A DNA stretch of 64,000 nt from Octopus sinensis (lineage: Eukaryota): the NCBI RefSeq assembly GCF_006345805.1, contig NC_043000.1:125116001-125180000 (forward strand). The letters are read 5' to 3'. Positions 12,092 through 25,367 of this stretch are shown piece after piece. The notes beneath the pieces were generated by a model. That model searched no databases, had not been told where the DNA came from, and was given only the letters and a program-made list of their open reading frames with translations. Positions within the stretch are counted from its first letter, which is position 1. Every line of letters starts with the position of its first letter. The position numbers were made by a program, and so were the translations under genes.

Positions 12092-12305
12092 ATATGTTTG
12101 TGTGTCTGTGTTTGTCCCCTCAACATCGCTTGACAACCGATAGTGGTGTGTTTACATCCCCATAACTTAGCAGTTCGACAAAAGTAACCAATAGAATAAG
12201 TAAGTAATAGGCTTCCAAAGAATAAGTACTGGGGTCGATTTGCTCGACTAAATGTGGTGCTCCAGCATGGCTGCAGTCAAATGACTGAAACAAGTAAAAG
12301 AGAAA
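11885..12305 (+). mobile_element. SINE family A copy
   Basis: Full-length match to the A consensus. Confidence 0.85.
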
Positions 12306-12779
12306 GACAGAAAGCACTAAAAATTTATTCATACACACACACACGCACAAACACACACACACTCACATGTATAAATAGACATTTACACACATGCATACAT
12401 ACGCACATGCACATATGCACAGACACTGGGAAGGAAAGCAATGAGGAAGGGGTGGGACATGCATTTAAATGAAAAATAGAAAGAAGAAAAAGATAAAAAT
12501 AAATAAATAAATAAATAAATAGAGAAAGAGAGAAAGAAAGAAAGAAAGAAGAAAGAAAGAAAGAAAGAAAGAAAGAACCAATATATGACATTCGTAAATG
12601 TGCTGACAGAATCCTCTGATCCAATATTTTCCATCATCTTCCTTTTATCTTTTCCTCCCTCCTCCTTCCCCCTCCCTCCCTCTTATCGTCACCCCCACCC
12701 ACTCTTCCTTCTCGTCAATATCATCACCATCATCAACATCAGCTGTAACAGCAGCAACAGCAGCAACAGAAGCAACAGA

Positions 12780-13023
12780 TACAGTTACAACATGGTGGTA
12801 GTAGAGTTGTAGTGGCAGTAGTAGTAGTAGTTGCGGTGGTGGTGCTAGTGGTGGTGGTTATGTTTGTAGTATTACTTGTTGTCATTGTTGCTGTAGTGGT
12901 GGTTGTACTGGTGGTTGTGGTAGCAATAGTACTGGTGATGGTTATGGTGGTAGTAGTAGGAGTAGTAGTAGTTATGATAGTAGTAGTAGTAGTAGTAGCA
13001 GCAGTAGTGGCAGCAGTAGTGGC

Positions 13024-13055
<32 letters not shown>

Positions 13056-13092
13056 CAGCAGTAGTGGCAGCAGTAGTGGCAGTAGTAGTGGC

Positions 13093-13124
<32 letters not shown>

Positions 13125-13200
13125 CAGCAGTAGTGGCAGCAGTAGTGGCAGTAGTAGTAGTAGTAGTAGTAGTAGCGGCAGCAGCGGCAGCAGTAGTGGC

Positions 13201-13244
<44 letters not shown>

Positions 13245-13463
13245 TGGTGGTGGTGGTGGTGGTGGTGGTGGTGGTGGTGGTAGAGGTGGTGGCGGTATTG
13301 GTGGTGGAGGTGGTCTCGGCAGCAGCAGCAGCAGCAGTAGTAATAAGTAATGGCAATGTTTATTACAATGATGTCCCTAATTTTTCCGTCAGTCAACCAA
13401 TATTCCGTAACGACAGGTTGTGTGTGCATGTGTGTGTGTGTGTGCATATGTGTGCGTGTGTGC

Positions 13464-13500
<37 letters not shown>

Positions 13501-14400
13501 CAGTTAAATGAAGCTGGTTGGCCTAGAAAAGTCAGTTGATGCAAAGTTATGGAGGAACGTTTGCAGGTTCAAAGCAGCAGGCGCCTATCTGCAGGATGTG
13601 CTGCTTCCCACCTGAAAGACATGCGGTAGGGATGGTAGTGCAGGCGTGGTGCAGGAGTGGTGCCGGTGGTAGTGATGGTGGTTGGTGGTGGTGATGGTGG
13701 TGGTGGTAGTGATAGCAGTGGTGTAGATAGTGGGGGTGATGGTGGCTGCGATAGTGGTGGTGGTGGTAACACAGTGGCAGTTGTGATGGTGTTGGTGGTG
13801 GTGGTGGTGGTTGTGGTGGTAACATAGTGGCAGTTGTTATGGTGTTGATGGTGGTGGCGGTGACAGTGGTGGTGGTAGTGATAGCAGTGGTGGTGATGGT
13901 GGTTGTGATAGTGGCAGTGGTGGTGGTGGTGGTGGTGATGGTGGTGGTGGTGGTAGTGGTGGTGGTGACAACAAAGTGGCAATGGTGGCAGTGGCAGCAA
14001 CAGCAGTGGCTGTGATAATGGTGGTAGCGGTGTAGATGGTGGTGGTGGTAGTGGTGATAGTAGTTGCAATAGTGGTGGTGGCGGTGGTGGTGACAACAGT
14101 AGTGGCAGTGGTTGTGATGGTAGTCAGAGTGGTGCTACTGGTGGTAGTGGTGGTGATGGTGGGGCTGCTACAAATACTGCTACTGCTTGTTGCAGTGGCA
14201 TTCTTGTTGTAATAGTTGTAGTCGTGTTGGTGTTGGTGTTGGTGTTTGTGTTGCTGTGGTGGTAGTGATAGAGATAGTGATGGTGTTGGTGATGGTGGTG
14301 AGGATTTTGTGGCAGCTGTAATGAGGATGGTGATAATGATGATGACAATGATGATTATTATGATGATGACAATGATGATGATGATGATGATGATAAATAT
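12780..14400. repeat. Compound GTA/GCA/GTG/GAT trinucleotide low-complexity region
   Basis: Visible; the higher-order GCAGCAGTAGTG motif recurs at about 12997-13200. Confidence 0.95.
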
Positions 14401-14416
14401 ATATTAAAAATAATAA

Positions 14417-14945
14417 TTGGCTCTCATGGCTTTTGATCTTAAGTGATTGGAAGTGTTATCATGTACTTTGCTTTGTCTTGGTATAAAAGATGGGCTACAG
14501 CAAATATTCTGCTCAATACCACAGATTTGCTTGTCAGTTGTTTGACCTTAATCAGTTGAGCATGCCACTTGGTGGATGACGATATGTACATCTTTGATCA
14601 TGAGCAGAAGTAGTGGGGGAGCATCATAGCCATGTGTTGAGAGGGATTCTTTGGTGGTTTGGATAATTCACCTCTGGAAATATAGGTCTTTCGTCCCTCA
14701 TCCTCAAGCAAACCTAATTCAGATAACTTTTGAACAGGATGGGCTACTCAACCTGAAGATAATTCTAACTGGGCCCCACCTGCAAGGTCATGTGTTGTTC
14801 ATCTTAATATGAGATCACTGTGCCATGCAGATATGGGTGTGATGCATGTGCCTGATGTACCCTTATCAGATGGGTAGTCATGATGGGTATATTGGTCTTC
14901 ATTTATTTTTATCCTAGAGTCATTTTGATGGTGTGTGCTGCTTTC
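14417..14945. mobile_element. Unclassified (TAA)-associated interspersed repeat (family F), copy 1
   Basis: Clear homology to 15667-16042 (AGTTGAGCATG...AGTAGTGGGGGAGC...AACTGGGCCCCA...TACCCTTATCAGATGGGTA). Starts after AATAATAAT. Confidence 0.65.
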
Positions 14946-15666
14946 TTGTTCAATAAAAATAATCATTACTGTATTTGCCACAAGAACTCAAAGAGATGCA
15001 ATGGAAAAGAGAACAAAAGAAATTGGTGTGTCAAGGACATGCTTACAATATGAAAGGGAATGAAAGGGAGGGATTTAAAGACATACAATAAATGGAAAGA
15101 TGTATTAAGCTTTTTAAAAATACCAAAATAAATCATGCATTTGGAAATATACATGTATATATCTCATCAAATTTATTTTGAAATCAAAATCAAATTTGAT
15201 GACTGGCATCCATGCTAGTGGAACGCTAAGAGCACCATCCGAGCGTGATCATTGCCAGAGCAGCTAACTGGCTACTGTGCCACACATATTGTACCCCTCT
15301 ACACACCACATGCACACATAAAGGCCCAACGAATTTAACCAATATATAAAAGAGAGGATACACTAATGAATGCAGATGTGTATGCCCCTCTCCCACAAAG
15401 GTTATAAATATAGTACCACTACGCAAATTCCATTTCCAAAAGAACATCAACTTTAAAGACACCCACATTTCCCACAAACTTTTCCAGAAAACTCGTCACC
15501 TTGCAACAAAACCACCCCCAGCATTAATATTCTGGTACCAAGGGACATTAACTCTTAACCCAGTCCTCTGCTCAATTTGTTTCATCATCTTTTTCACAGC
15601 AACCACAAACCAGATGTGTCTATTCACCTTCAGCAATTGAGAGCATTCACCATGTTTCATTTAACT

Positions 15667-16042
15667 TAACTAGTTGAGCATGTCCTGTGGTGCCTGACAA
15701 TATGTGTGCATCTCTGATCACAAGCAAAAGTAGTGGGGGAGCCTCATAGCTATGTGTTGAGAGAAATTCTTTGGTGTTTGAATAATTCGCCTCTGGAAAT
15801 ATGGTTGTTTTGTTCATTATCCTTAAACAACCTTTATTCAGGGACCTTTTGAGCAGAATGGGCTACTTGACCGTTAGAATATTCTAACTGGGCCCCATCT
15901 ACAAGGTCGTGCTCTGTTTATCCTGATATGAGATCACCATGTCACGTACATATGGTTGTAATTCATGTGCCTGGTGTACCCTTATCAGATGGGTACGCTG
16001 GGCTTTGTATATTTTACCTAGTGCCACTGCTCTCTCACTCAA
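15667..16042. mobile_element. Family F repeat, copy 2
   Basis: Homologous to 14417-14945; ends CTCAATAATAATAAT. Confidence 0.65.
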
Positions 16043-16083
16043 TAATAATAATAATAATATTATTATTAATATTATTATTATTA

Positions 16084-16858
16084 TGGTTGAGAAGCTCAGG
16101 ACTCAAAGCAGAGACAGATGGATTTTTAATTGCAGCACCAGACCAAAGCCTCCCCACCAGAAATTACAAAAAACATGTAATGAAAAGAAATATAACAAGT
16201 AACTGCAGAATATGTGGAGATGGACAAGAAACAATAAATCATATTATCTCTGGCTGCCCAGTCCTGGCTAAGAAGGAATATATTCACAGACACGACAGAG
16301 ATGGGACCTACATACACTGGAAGCTATGCCAACATTATGGAACAACAACAGAAAAAAGATGGTATAGGCACACACCAGAAAAGGTCACAGAAAATGAGAA
16401 AGCATACTCTGGGATATGCCAATACACACAGATAGAGAAAATAAGGCCAACAGACCAGATATAGTTGTCAGAGATCATGAAAAAAAAAATGCTTTCTAAT
16501 TGATGTATCAATACCAGCAGATGACAATGTGTCTCTAAAAGAAATGGAGAAACTTTCAAAATACAAAGACCTGGAAATAGAGGTAACTAGAATGTGGAAT
16601 CTAAAAACAGAAACAGTTCCCATCATAATAGGTGCATTAGGCATGATAAAAAAATACTCAGACAAATACATAACAAAAACACCGGGACTTACAAACACAT
16701 ATAACATACAGAAAATTGCACTACTAGGCACTGCACACATCCTACGCAGAACACTTTCAATACAGTAACCATAAGAGCATCACAGCACATACCCAAGGTA
16801 CACAAAGCTGTGCTCGGTAGTGAAGTGAAAGCACGTTATAAAAATAAAACTACTGAAT
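16084..16858 (+). mobile_element. 5'-truncated R4/Dong-clade non-LTR retrotransposon (CCHC, PD-(D/E)xK RLE, 3' UTR)
   Basis: ORFs WLRSSGLKAETDGFLIAAPDQSLPTRNY..CRICGDGQETINHIISGC..RHD..HW and EKLSKYKDLEIEVTRMW..VPIIIGALG..IQKIALLGTAHILRRTL. RPTDQI is the frameshifted PD motif. (TAA)n at both ends. Confidence 0.9.
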
Positions 16859-16859
16859 G

Positions 16860-16890
<31 letters not shown>

Positions 16891-17485
16891 TTACTTTTTT
16901 AACCACTGTGGCCCAAGACTGTGGGCTTAATACAAAGGTGAAGTACATAGGAAAACAACAAGCAACCAATAAACAGCAAGGGATTTACAATGAGTTAAAA
17001 GATGAGATGAACTATAATACTAAAACATAATAATATTAATAACAATAATAACAACATACAGCAACAATATAGAATAACAGTATAGATCAACATTATAAGA
17101 ATACGAATAAGATGAATGAAGCAACCCTTGCAGTGATTCCTTGAGATACTTGACAGTCAACCCTGGATTACTGCGAAGACAAGTGCCCTTCCTCAGTTCA
17201 GGGTGTATATTATGGTGCCATTTAGCTATACTAAAAGGAGGAGGGGGGATGAGGAGGAGCAGGGAGCTGAGGAGGAGGGGAAAAGCAGAAGAAAGACGAG
17301 GAGAGGAAAGAAGAAGAAGGAGGAGGAGGAGGAGGAGGAGGAGGAGGAGAAGGAGGAGGAGGAGGAGGAGGAGAAGAAGAAGAAGAAGAAGAAGAAGAAG
17401 AAGAAGAATTGATTTATAAAGATGCTGTCTTTGATTTTGATGTGTTTTATAATTTTCTATTTTCTGTTTGTTACCTTCATGCCAA

Positions 17486-17521
<36 letters not shown>

Positions 17522-17576
17522 ATATATGCCTCAATGTATATGTATGTGTATTCATATGTGCATGTATATGTATGTA

Positions 17577-17632
<56 letters not shown>

Positions 17633-18289
17633 AACAATTAGCCAGTAAAACTGAAAAGAATGTTCTCTAGACATATTTGAAGAGCTACTCAAAATTCATG
17701 AAATGAAAAATCCTAATACTTTTCTAACCTTATGCCTTTGTCATTTTACTTAGGTCTATTGCTTAGAATTCTTACCCATTGTGTTGAATAACTCATCTAG
17801 GAAGCTACTTAGAATCTCTTTGCCACTGTTTAGAAACGGTCCATTGTAATGCGAATAAAATCTACTTATTTAGTTCAAAAGCTTTCTCTGTGAAGCTATC
17901 TTCTCTTTTGTTCTCCAAGTAAAAGGAATTTACCATGATTTTTTTTCCTTTTTTTGTGAATAAATTTTTTTTTTCACTCATTGGATTGCTGCCATGCCAG
18001 GACACCATCTTGAATGAATTTTAGTCAAGCGAATTGACCCTAGCAGTTTTTATTTTTTAAAGCTGGTATTTACTTATTCTATCAGTCTTTTTTGCTGAAA
18101 TGTCAAGCACAGGAACATAAACAAACCAATACTGGTTGTTGTTACATGCTGTAGTAGGGGACAAACAGACATAAAAACAACCCCCCATATATATATATAT
18201 ATATAGGGGGGGGGTTGTTTGACTGAGGACTGAAACAAATAAAATAAAAGAGTATATATGTGTGTGTGTATATATATATATATACATAC

Positions 18290-18695
18290 TCTTTCTTTAT
18301 TTGTTTCAGTCATTTGCCTGTGGCCATGCTGGAGCACCACCTTTAGTCAAAGAAATCGACCCCGGGACTTATTCTTTGTAAGCCTACTACATATTCCATC
18401 GGTCTCTTTTGCCGAACTGCTAAGTTACAGGGACGTAAACACACCAGCATCAGTTGTCAAGTGATGTTGCGGGGACAAACACAGACACACAAACATATAC
18501 ACACACACATACATATACACATATATACATATATACGATGGGCTTCTTTTAGTTTCTAACTACCAAATCCACTCACAAGGCTTTAGTTGGCCCGAGACTA
18601 TAGTAGAAGACACTTTCCCAAGGTGTCACACAGTGGGACTGAATCTGGAACCATATGGCTGGTAAGCAAGCTACTTACCACACAGCCACTCCTGT
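18290..18695 (-). mobile_element. SINE family A copy (partial copies also at 17975-18245 and 18800-18980)
   Basis: Reverse-complement match to the A consensus. Confidence 0.85.
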
Positions 18696-19004
18696 GGTTC
18701 ATATGCAAGCTACTAACCACATAGTCACTCCTACGCACTATTAATTATTTTTGATATATTTTGTTTACTGCTATTAATTAATTTTTTAAATCTTTTATTT
18801 GTTTCAGTCATTGGACTGTTGCCATGCTGGGGCACCACTTTGAAAGGGTTAGTCAAACTAATCAACCCATATACTTATTTCTAAGTCTGATACTTATTTT
18901 ATCAGTCTCTTTGCCAAACTGCCAAGTTACAGGGACGTAAATAAACCAACACTGGTATGCAAGGGGGACAAACTCAAAAATACACACACACACACAAACA
19001 AACA

Positions 19005-19147
19005 TTTAGATGAGTTCAAATATGTTATGGATACATTTGATGTGTCCAAAAGCCGTATTCACTGCTAATTTGCTGTGTGGAACCCTTCCCTCAGTGAATA
19101 TGGCCTTTGTACCATACCTGTCCAAAGCTTATTTGAACCAATCTAAA
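19005..19147. mobile_element. Fold-back element / MITE, about 55-bp imperfect inverted arms
   Basis: TTTAGATGAGTTCAAATA...AAAGCCGTATTCACTG pairs with CAGTGAATATGGCCTTT...TATTTGAACCAATCTAAA around a 27-nt loop. Confidence 0.65.
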
Positions 19148-19369
19148 CATTTGTTTATTCACACACCTGCACTTGTTGGATAATCTAGATGAAATAAGAT
19201 GAGATTGTCCTGATCTGAATGCCTTTTGTCATAAGTCTATTCAATTTTGGGGACTAAACCACATCAACACCAGGCATCTTAGATGACCTTAACAGAGTCA
19301 ATTCCATTGTAAATAACCATTTTTGATATGAAGGTACTCTTCTGTGTTGGTGCCATATAAAAAGCACCT

Positions 19370-19930
19370 ACTCTGGCACAACAAAAAAGCTATCCATGCT
19401 GGTGCCACATAAAACAGCACCCATGCTGGCACCATGTAAAAGGCACCTGTGCTGGTTCCATGTATAAACTACCCATGCCAGTCATCATCATCATCATCAT
19501 TTAACGTCCGTTTTGCATGCTAGCATGGGTTGGACGGTTTGACTGAGGGCTGGCAAACCAGATGGCTGCACCAGGCTTCAATCTTGATATGGCAGGGTTT
19601 CTACAGCTGGATGCCCTTCCTAATGCCAACCACTCCAAGAGTGTAGTGGGTGCTTTTTGAGTGCCACCGGCACAGGGCCAGTCAGGCGGTACTGGCAACG
19701 ACCTCGCTCGAATCTTTTACACATGCCACCAGCACAGGTGCCAGTAAGGCGATCCTGGTAATGATCCCGCTCGAACGGTGTCTTTTATGTGCCACCAGCT
19801 CGGATGCCAGATAGCCACTCTGACAACGATCATGCTCACCCTACTAGCACGGGGCTCAAGTGCTTGTAAGACGACGCTGGTAACAATCACACTCGAATGG
19901 TGCCTTTTATGTGCCACTGGCACGGAAGCC
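19370..19930 (-). mobile_element. Family C (RTE 3' tail) copy
   Basis: (CAT)n TTTAACGTCCGTTTTGCATGCTAGC... with GTGCCAC units. Confidence 0.75.
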
Positions 19931-20877
19931 GGTTAGCCGCTCTAAGTACCCAGTACACTCTGTAAAGTGTTTGGCATTAGGAAGGGCATCCAGCCATAGC
20001 AAGTATGCCAAAATTGACAGATGGAGCCTGGTATTGCTCTACTGTCAAACCATCCAACCCATACCAGAATGGAAAACAAATGTTTTTGTTGATGATGATA
20101 ACTTCTAGGTTTTTCTTTAACTGGCTCCAGGAAGATGAAAGACAAAGTTGACCTTGGTGGGATTTGAACTCAGAGCCTGCTCTCCCGCCAATCATGGAGT
20201 TGATGTAATGATTCATGAGCATTGCCATCCAACTTAACAAAAAACTAAGAGGAAAAAATCACATATACAGAAAGGGTGGGGCGGAGTATCATTTGTTCTC
20301 TTTGATCCTGTGTATAAATAATTTTATCCTAATTAATGTGGAACAAATCTTGTCATCATTTCATCAGCTTGTGACAGGATGGAGGTGAACAAGAAACTGA
20401 ACATAGAGAAACAGAGAGAAGAGACAGACAGACAGACACACACACACACACACACAGAGCAAGACACAGTAAGAGATTAAATGAGAAAGGAAGGGAGAGA
20501 AAGCAAAAGAGAGAGAATTGTGTAATCACCAAGGTGATAGTTGTCATTGACAACAAAACAACAGATGAATTGTTAATGGCTCTGAACAAATTAAAATTGT
20601 TCTACCTCTCAGAAATATTTCATAAAGTCTCACTAATGACCACAGCAATTAGGAAATACTTCCTATATCAAGCTATCTGATCACAAGTGAGTCAAGCTTA
20701 GATGAATTCATTTCTTTTTTATTCTGGCCTCTTCTCAGAACATCCAGTATTAGTAATTCTATGGCTAACTGAAGAAGTCTAATAAAGCTGGTATATGTCT
20801 TGAGTTGTCTTGTACTAACAAACATCAGACACAAACACATTCCTCACTACATGTTCTATTTGATATTTCATTAATTT

Positions 20878-21070
20878 AAGGTGGTGAGCTGGCTGAATTG
20901 CTAAGTGACAGTTTATCCATCTTTAGGTTCTGAGTTCAAGTACCACCAAGGTCAACATTGCCTTTCATCCTTTCAGGGTCAATAAAATAATTACCAGCTA
21001 AATACTGGGGTTGATGTAATCAACTTCCCATCCCCCAAAATTGCTGGCCTTGTACCAAAATTTAAACCCA
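20878..21070 (+). mobile_element. SINE family B copy
   Basis: GGTGGTGAGCTGGC...GTTCTGAGTTCAAGT...GCCTTTCATCCTTTCAGGGTCAATAAAAT. Confidence 0.75.
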
Positions 21071-21519
21071 ATATTTCATTTTTTTTTTATTTTCAAGTTG
21101 TCTCCCTTGCCTTTTCTAACCAGAATTAATCCTTAATACAAAGAATATTATTTGTAATTTTATTTAATGATAAAGAATTGACTCACTACATTAAGTATGT
21201 TATTTGTCACTTAACTATTTTTCCACACAGAAGAAGGTGTTACTAAGTAATCTACTCTGTCACTATAAGCTTACTTATTTTTTATCTAACTTTGCTATAT
21301 TTTCAAACTTGTGTAGTTTTATGTTAGAATTCTTGATATTTTTTGATTCACTGTAAGTAATTAGTTTGTTTATCTCTTCTATGATAATCATCTTTATCTT
21401 TTCTATAAAGTACGAAAAGTACATTAATCTCACCTTGCTGAAATGATATGAGTTTTCATTTTAACACCCTTTCCCACTATATACTGTATATATCATCATC
21501 GTCGTCGTCGTCGTCGTCG

Positions 21520-21551
<32 letters not shown>

Positions 21552-21759
21552 GTCATCATCGTTGTCATTGTCATTTAACATCTGTTTTACATGCTGGCAT
21601 GGTTTGGCTGGTTTTACAAGAGATGACAAGCCAGAGGACTGCATGCATGCAGGCACACACACACACACACGCACACACAAATACACACAAACACATACAC
21701 ACACACACACAAGAATGGATGGATGTATAAACACACACACACATACATGAATGGAGGCG

Positions 21760-22170
21760 TAGGAGTGGCTGTGTGGTAAGTAGCTTGCTTATGAACCGTA
21801 TGGTCCTCGGTTTAGTCCCACAGTGTGGCACCTTGGGCAAGTAACTTCTACTATAGCCTCGGGCCAACTAAAGCCTTGTGAGTGGATTTGGTAGACGGAA
21901 ACTGAAAAAAGCCCTTCGTATATACATATATATGTGTATATATTTATATGTATATGTGTGTGTGTATATGTTTGTGTGTCTGTGCTTGTCCCCCCAAAAT
22001 CGCTTGACTGGTGTGTTTACGTACCCATAACTTAGTGGTTCAGCAGAAGAGACTGATAAAATAAGTACTAGGCTTACAAAGAATAAGTCCTGGGGTTGAT
22101 TTGCTTGATTAAAAAAGGTGGTGCTCCAGCATGGCCATAGTCAAATGATTGAAACAAGTAAAAGAGTTAC
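21760..22170 (+). mobile_element. SINE family A copy
   Basis: Full-length match. Confidence 0.85.
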
Positions 22171-22903
22171 AGAGAGAGTAAACACGCACACGTGCACACA
22201 TACACACACACACACATACAAAACATATACACAAACACACATTCACGCACATATATATATGTATATTTGTGTGTGTGTAAGTGTGCGTTCATTTGTGTCT
22301 TCTAGTTTTGACATCACATGATTGTTGTAAATGAATGTCATTCATTTCTAATACTTTGCTAAAACATGTCTGGTGACATACACAGCTGGCTTCTATCCAT
22401 TTCTCTCTACCATATTCACTCATAAGGCACCAATCAATCCAGAACTCTAGAAGAAGGCACTTACCCAAGGTACCTGGCATTGAGATTGGACCTGAAATAT
22501 CCATGCTTGTATCTCAAGTACAAAACAATACTAAAAAGCTGAGCTTGATTTAATCTGATGCAACAAGTGTTAAAACTGAAACAATTCCAATATGGAAGAA
22601 CCATGATAGATGCTAATTGCAGCCATGTAGTGCCAGGTTCAATCCCATTGTCTGCTAACTTGAGCAAGTCTTTTCTATTATAGTTTTTTGGCTGGCCAGG
22701 ACCTTGAGAGTGGAATTTGGTATGCAAACATATTTTGCCATGTTGAGGTGGCTACAAACATTACTTGTTAGTACAATTACTGTGTTTGTCTCTTAGAGAT
22801 ATATTAGAACTATCATTTTTGCTTCTTGCAAAATCAGTGACTGTGTGTTCACTTGAAATATATATATTGTGTGCAGAAGCGAGCTGTTATCATCTCTAGC
22901 AGA

Positions 22904-23773
22904 TAAGGTGCTAATCCACAAGACGGGCAAAGCCGACAATCCACAAGACGGGCAAAGCCTTGGTTTTGTATAAAGGGCTGGTAGAGTTTTAAAATGATGA
23001 CATCCTAGGAGGGGCTCTGGGATTCAATGAGAATCAACTTGTTCAAAAACACTTTCAGGTTGGGGTATTTGGATAACTACCAAAAATCCCTGACCTGGCA
23101 GTGGTATAGGAATGCTTTACCTGTTCACGATAAGTTATCCACGCACAGAATGTCAGTGCCACCAATGTGTCCAAGATGTGGGCGAGACAAGGAAACTGTC
23201 CAGCACACTTTTGTACAGTGCTGGAAGCTTTCAAGCTTGATAATTTACGTTGAACATGTGTTGTCACACCTAGGCAGAGTACAGCCATCAGCTGAGTCTG
23301 CAATAAAGATTGTGCCACCAACCGGACTCTCAAAGGAAGGTGAGGCATGTTTTCTCTGTTCAGTTGCAGTGTTGAAAGAGTGTGTGTGGAAGACCAGATT
23401 GCAAGGACTCGTGATGAGAACCTTCGTCTCTGGCCCTGGTTTGCTGACATACTTCAGATATCATCTGAAGAGCAAGATAGGGCTGAAGAGGAGATGCCTG
23501 TCATGAGGTGTGTTCGAGGAAAGATGGAAGGCTGTGTTAAAAAAATAGGCGCAAGTGACCCTGCTTAATTCTCATAGGAAAAGGAAAAGGTATAGTCACT
23601 GGGCTTTTCAGCCCATTTGGTTTAACCACTCCCACAAAAAAAGCCAAATTTAATTATATATCATTCAATATTTTTAAGAACTAAGTATCATACGAACTCA
23701 TAATAACAATAATTGTTTGTATTGTCCTGTTTTGTCCCCTCTATGTACGATATTGATTATCCTAATAAAAAAT
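22904..23773 (+). mobile_element. 5'-truncated L1/Tx1-type LINE (zf-RVT C-terminus and 3' UTR) with 14-bp TSD
   Basis: ORF 23027-23506 has WQWYRNALPVHDKL...CPRCGRDKETVQHTFVQC (zf-RVT CCHC). AATAAAAAA at 23764. TCATCTCTAGCAGA occurs at 22890-22903 and 23774-23787. Confidence 0.85.
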
Positions 23774-24059
23774 TCATCTCTAGCAGACGAGTTGTCCAAT
23801 ACTGAGGAGTGGCAGAAATAGTCCAAAACCAGGACTGGTTAACTAATCCCGTTGCTAGGAGATAGTAGGGGTTCACTCCCCTGCTCAGAATTTTATCAGA
23901 TGCAGCTGAGCATCATTAAGCGGCTAGAGGAGATGACCTCTTGGGAGTTAAAAAGTCACAGTAGAGTCTGCTTGAACAGACAGCCATGTTAAAGTGGCTA
24001 CAAAGATACTTAAACATAATATTAACAGTAAGGAATTTTTATAGAATATTTTGTTCCTT

Positions 24060-24715
24060 TATGGCAGCAAGTTAGCAGAATCATTGGCATGCCAAGCAAA
24101 ATGCTTAGCAGTTTTTTGTCCTTCTTTAGATTTAGGGTCCAGGTTAACTTTACCTTTCTTACTTTCAGGGTCAATAAAATAAGTACCAGTTGAGCATTGC
24201 GGTTGATATAGACAATTTACACCCTCCTTAGAACTTGCTGTGAAACCATTATTTCATTGCTTTATTTTATTTTGTATAAGTATTCTTTTCTACTCTAGGG
24301 ACAAGGCCTGAAATTTGGGGGAAGGAAGCCAGTCGATTAGATAGACTCCAGTACGCAACTGGTACTGAATTTATCGACCCTGAAAGGATGACAGGCAAAG
24401 TTGACCTCAGCAGAATTTGAACTCAGAACGTAAAGGCAAAGGAAATACTGCTAAGCATTTCGCCCAGCATGCTAATGTTTCTGCCAGCTCGCTGCCTTAA
24501 GAAAATTCTTTTCTACTCTAAGCTTAAGGACTGAAATTCTGGGGGAGGGGCCAGTCGATTAGATAGACTCTAGTACACAACTGGTACTTAATTTATCAAC
24601 CCCGAAAGGATGAAAAGCAAAGTCAACCTCGGCAGAATTTGAACTCAGAATGTAAAGACAGAGGAAATACTGCTAAGCATTTCGCCAAGCGTGCTAATGT
24701 TTCTGCCAGCTGATC
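24060..24715. mobile_element. Cluster of family B SINEs: one + copy (24060-24240) and two - copies (24285-24500, 24505-24715)
   Basis: Family B consensus matches in both orientations. Confidence 0.8.
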
Positions 24716-24994
24716 CCAACCATAAAGCTTAGCATCTTCATCATCACCATCATCATCATCATCATTTAACGTCCGCTTTTCATGGGTTGAACGCTTTAAC
24801 TGACAGCTGGTGAGCCAGAAGGCTGCACCAGGCTCCAATCCGACCTGGCAGTTGTCGTCATCATCATCATTGTCATCTGGCTGTTCCTGTGGCTGTATAA
24901 GACAATTCCCATCAGTCAATTATATAATTATATGTGCTTTTATGAATGTGAGTCCTTATGAGAGATTTTCTCAATGTAAATAACACAGTAATCA

Positions 24995-25182
24995 TTCAGG
25001 TCTGTATTTAAGAGATGAGGAATTATGTTCATTATTTACATTATTTACATTTGACAGATATTTGTCCTCATCTTGTTTGTTGTTAACATAACGTTTCAGC
25101 TGATGTACCCTCCAGCCTTCGTCAGGTGTCTTGGGGAAATTTTGAACTTGGGTTCTCATTCCTTAGGTATTTTTCGATGTTG

Positions 25183-25266
<84 letters not shown>

Positions 25267-25286
25267 TGTTATTATTGTTATTGTTG

Positions 25287-25367
<81 letters not shown>

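Noticed and set aside
12739-13507. Long ORFs (205 aa poly-Thr, 231 aa poly-Val) resembling a mucin
   Set aside because: Pure trinucleotide microsatellite that is open in several frames on both strands; no splice or start context.
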